Of a stretch of 64,000 bases of DNA, positions 62,849 to 64,000 are shown one piece after another. Source of the DNA: Chitinophaga pinensis (lineage in GTDB: Bacteria; Bacteroidota; Bacteroidia; Chitinophagales; Chitinophagaceae); the NCBI GenBank assembly GCA_943371705.1, contig CALRVV010000004.1, positions 157,858 through 221,857 on the forward strand, in the 5' to 3' direction. Under the pieces are notes generated by a model. It was not told the DNA's origin. It searched no databases and saw only the letters and a list, made by a program, of their open reading frames with translations. Position 1 is the stretch's first letter; every line of letters begins with the position of its first letter. Both the position numbers and the translations under genes were made by a program.

Positions 62849-64000
62849 TTACCAAACCTTGGTACGTTGCTCCGGTGCCTTATACATTTTGTCTCCAGAC
62901 TTCACATCAAAAGCTTTGTAAAATGCTTCCAGGTTAGTGAGTGGTCCGTTGGCACGGAATACATTAGGAGAGTGGTTATCAGTTACAATACGTTGTGCTG
63001 CAGATTCGGGTAAAATATTCATACGCCAGATCTGTGCCCAGCTTAAAAAGAAACGCTGGTCGGGGGTAAAGCCATCTATCATTTCGGTGCCTTTTCCCTG
63101 TTTTGTTTTTTTAAAGGCTTCGTAAGCAATGCTTAAACCGCCCAGGTCGGCCAGGTTTTCGCCCAGCGTTAATTTGCCATTTACCTGCAGGGTATCCAAT
63201 ATAGTGTAGCCATTATATTGTTTCACCACTTCATCAGCACGCTTTTTAAATTCATCGGCATCCGCTTTTGTCCACCAATCCTGTAAATTTCCATCAGCAT
63301 CATACTGGCGGCCCTGGTCATCAAATCCATGGGTCATTTCGTGGCCTATCACAGCGCCAATGCCGCCATAGTTAATGGCATCATCGGCTTCAAAATCAAA
63401 GAAAGGAAAACGGAGAATGCCTGCAGGGAAAACGATCTCGTTCTTTTGCGGACTGTAATATGCATTTACCGTTGGCGGCGTCATGGCCCATTCTGTTTTA
63501 TCAATGGGTTTGCCCAGGCGGTTTATGTTATCGTTATAAGCCCATTGGCTGCAACGGCGCAGGTTTCCCATAAAGTCATCTCTTTTAATTTCAATGCCAT
63601 CATAATTTTTCCATTTATCCGGGAATCCAATTTTTTTCGTAAATGCTTTCAGTTTACCCAATGCCCTTTGCCTGGTTGGTTCACTCATCCAGTCGAGTGT
63701 TTTTATGCGGCTTTCGAAACCGCTTTCCAGGTTATTTACCAGCTCCAGCATTCTTACTTTGGCAGCCTGGTTAAAATATTTCTCTACATATAATTGTCCT
63801 AACAGATCACCCAGCTGGCGGTCAATTAAGCCGCTCATGCGTTGCCAGCGCGGGGTTTGTTCTTTTTGTCCACTAAGGGCCTGGTTGAAGGCAAAATTTG
63901 CATCTACAAAAGCGCTGCTCAGGTAAGGTGCGGCATCTTTTAAAACGCCCCATTTCAGGTAAACCTTCCAGTCATCCAGGGGAATTTTATTTAGCAAAGA
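62849..64000 (-). CDS. M13 family metallopeptidase, 5'-truncated by window edge
   Basis: VNAYY, HEMTHGFDDQG, GENLAD, HSP...RANG; frame open to the window end. Confidence 0.95.
   Translation of the reverse strand, partial: SLLNKIPLDDWKVYLKWGVLKDAAPYLSSAFVDANFAFNQALSGQKEQTPRWQRMSGLIDRQLGDLLGQLYVEKYFNQAAKVRMLELVNNLESGFESRIKTLDWMSEPTRQRALGKLKAFTKKIGFPDKWKNYDGIEIKRDDFMGNLRRCSQWAYNDNINRLGKPIDKTEWAMTPPTVNAYYSPQKNEIVFPAGILRFPFFDFEADDAINYGGIGAVIGHEMTHGFDDQGRQYDADGNLQDWWTKADADEFKKRADEVVKQYNGYTILDTLQVNGKLTLGENLADLGGLSIAYEAFKKTKQGKGTEMIDGFTPDQRFFLSWAQIWRMNILPESAAQRIVTDNHSPNVFRANGPLTNLEAFYKAFDVKSGDKMYKAPEQRTKVW

Overview
Core-genome window of a Bacteroidetes bacterium, most likely Chitinophagaceae (T9SS C-terminal domains, TAnnTTTG promoters, miaB-sigma54 regulator-lptE-secG synteny). 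It holds five T9SS cargo genes plus a giant SdrD-B repeat protein, housekeeping genes (ispH, ddl, era, der, ppa, crcB, phoH, EF-G2, psuG/psuK, lpdA, mltG, secG, lptE, miaB), an initiator tRNA-Met and a TPP riboswitch ahead of a TonB receptor. No CRISPR array, prophage, integrase or classical IS was seen. The most unusual signal is at gene boundaries: (1) a DUF559 nuclease gene bracketed by about 30-bp GC-rich hairpin inverted arms, with an empty copy carrying identical arms between era and der; (2) three copies of a 108-bp double-hairpin element with compensatory base changes; (3) an 18-bp palindrome that has replaced 4-5 bp inside two other repeat types; (4) at least eight period-7 arrays of differing sequence at stop/start codons. 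At the protein level, a translationally coupled pair of a class I isoprenoid synthase-like gene and a signal-peptide-bearing DxDD class II cyclase-like gene, and a thioredoxin fused to a catalytically dead M23 domain, stand out. All family assignments come from motif recognition; no database searches were run.
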